Virus record (IMG/VR): IMGVR_UViG_3300026557_000003
Location: 2,527-66,526 of that record
Origin: a virus
DNA length: 64,000 bases
Direction: 5' to 3' (one strand)
Positions within the stretch are counted from its first letter, which is position 1, and the number at the start of each line of letters is the position of its first letter. Positions 63,347-64,000 of this stretch are shown in pieces. The position numbers were made by a program, and so were the translations under genes. The notes under the pieces were generated by a model. That model had not been told where the DNA came from. It saw only the letters and a list, made by a program, of their open reading frames with translations, and ran no database searches.

Positions 63347-63347
63347 G

Positions 63348-63740
63348 ATGAGCGGAATTGAATGTAAGGTCCTTATCTGTGTCTGTAGTGCGGCGCAAGC
63401 AATTGAGCGGGGTGGTGCGTTACTCTTCTATCGTGCGATGAAGGGCGAGCCTGTTAACACCCACGCGGCTATTTTGCAGCAGATCAGAAATGAAACCGTT
63501 GAGATATACGACATTTTGCATCAGGCAACCGGGCTCGCGATCTTACCAGAAAAAATCAGCCTAGAATCGCTGCCGGTGGTGATGCGCCATGGCTATGAGG
63601 CGATCATTGCGAACGACGAGAAGTTCACACAAGAACAGTTGCTGGAGGTGATCGACCACGGCAACAAGGCTGAAGTCCTCGGGCAGCAGTGGAATGATTT
63701 GTTGCTGAAAGATGCCGGGTGGCCGATTCTTACGGGCTAG
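63348..63740 (+). CDS. Hypothetical protein
   Basis: Starts 1 nt after the receiver gene stop. Confidence 0.55.
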   Translation: MSGIECKVLICVCSAAQAIERGGALLFYRAMKGEPVNTHAAILQQIRNETVEIYDILHQATGLAILPEKISLESLPVVMRHGYEAIIANDEKFTQEQLLEVIDHGNKAEVLGQQWNDLLLKDAGWPILTG

Positions 63741-63925
63741 TCTTTGTAAAGGCGCCACACTATGACTGTTGCGGTGAAGTTGGCAGTTACATTCACAAAC
63801 ACGAGAATTGCAACCGTCCATTTCCATGGTGATTCCATTCTCTCAATTCCCACAAAGATGATTAGGAACGACCCACTCCAGATAAGAGCAATGATCGCAG
63901 TTCTTAATTTAGCGTTCTCGGTCAT
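63737..63925 (-). CDS. Small two-TM protein
   Basis: Two hydrophobic helices; GGAGGGAAG RBS on the minus strand. Confidence 0.6.
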   Translation of the reverse strand: MTENAKLRTAIIALIWSGSFLIIFVGIERMESPWKWTVAILVFVNVTANFTATVIVWRLYKD

Positions 63926-64000
63926 CTTCCCTCCGTTGGTTCTGCGGGCTATTGCAGGGCTGATAAAAGGTCCTCGTCTTTTTGAACAATCTCATATGCC

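Noticed and set aside
1-64000. Genome-wide TAG or TGA recoding
   Set aside because: Many well-supported genes end in TAG (portal, scaffold, SGNH protein) or use ATGA overlaps, and core genes are uninterrupted under code 11.
1-64000. CRISPR array, diversity-generating retroelement, retron, IS element, integrase
   Set aside because: No repeat-spacer array, reverse transcriptase motif, transposase or tyrosine/serine recombinase motif was recognised.

Overview
The whole window reads as bacteriophage DNA. No host housekeeping genes, integrase, rRNA, CRISPR array or reverse transcriptase were recognised. It looks like most of a podovirus-like (P22-type morphogenesis) genome. Layout: a 5'-truncated terminase small-subunit-like gene; a short leftward module (HTH, initiator-like gene, iteron cluster, HNH); a long rightward packaging/virion operon (TerL, portal, scaffold, capsid, adaptors, fibres, nozzle-like protein, ejection proteins including a 1928-aa lytic transglycosylase); recombination/replication genes (SMC-like ATPase, PD-(D/E)XK nuclease, DEDD exonuclease, initiator, primase-helicase); a C5 methyltransferase; and membrane/lysis-like genes. 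Five observations stand out. (1) All three HNH genes inserted antisense into the virion operon are spanned end-to-end by a plus-strand ORF that starts just after the upstream structural gene and stops just before the next. (2) Six free-standing HNH genes share one leader architecture. (3) The C5 methyltransferase is dual-frame (EcoHK31I-like), with a 558-nt HNH insertion open in both frames. (4) A c4/CI-like antisense RNA locus lies upstream of the replication genes. (5) Four tail-module proteins carry signal peptides, and there is a tRNA-like gene with an aberrant anticodon arm. All product calls come from motif reading and synteny, not database searches. The host cannot be assigned from this sequence alone.
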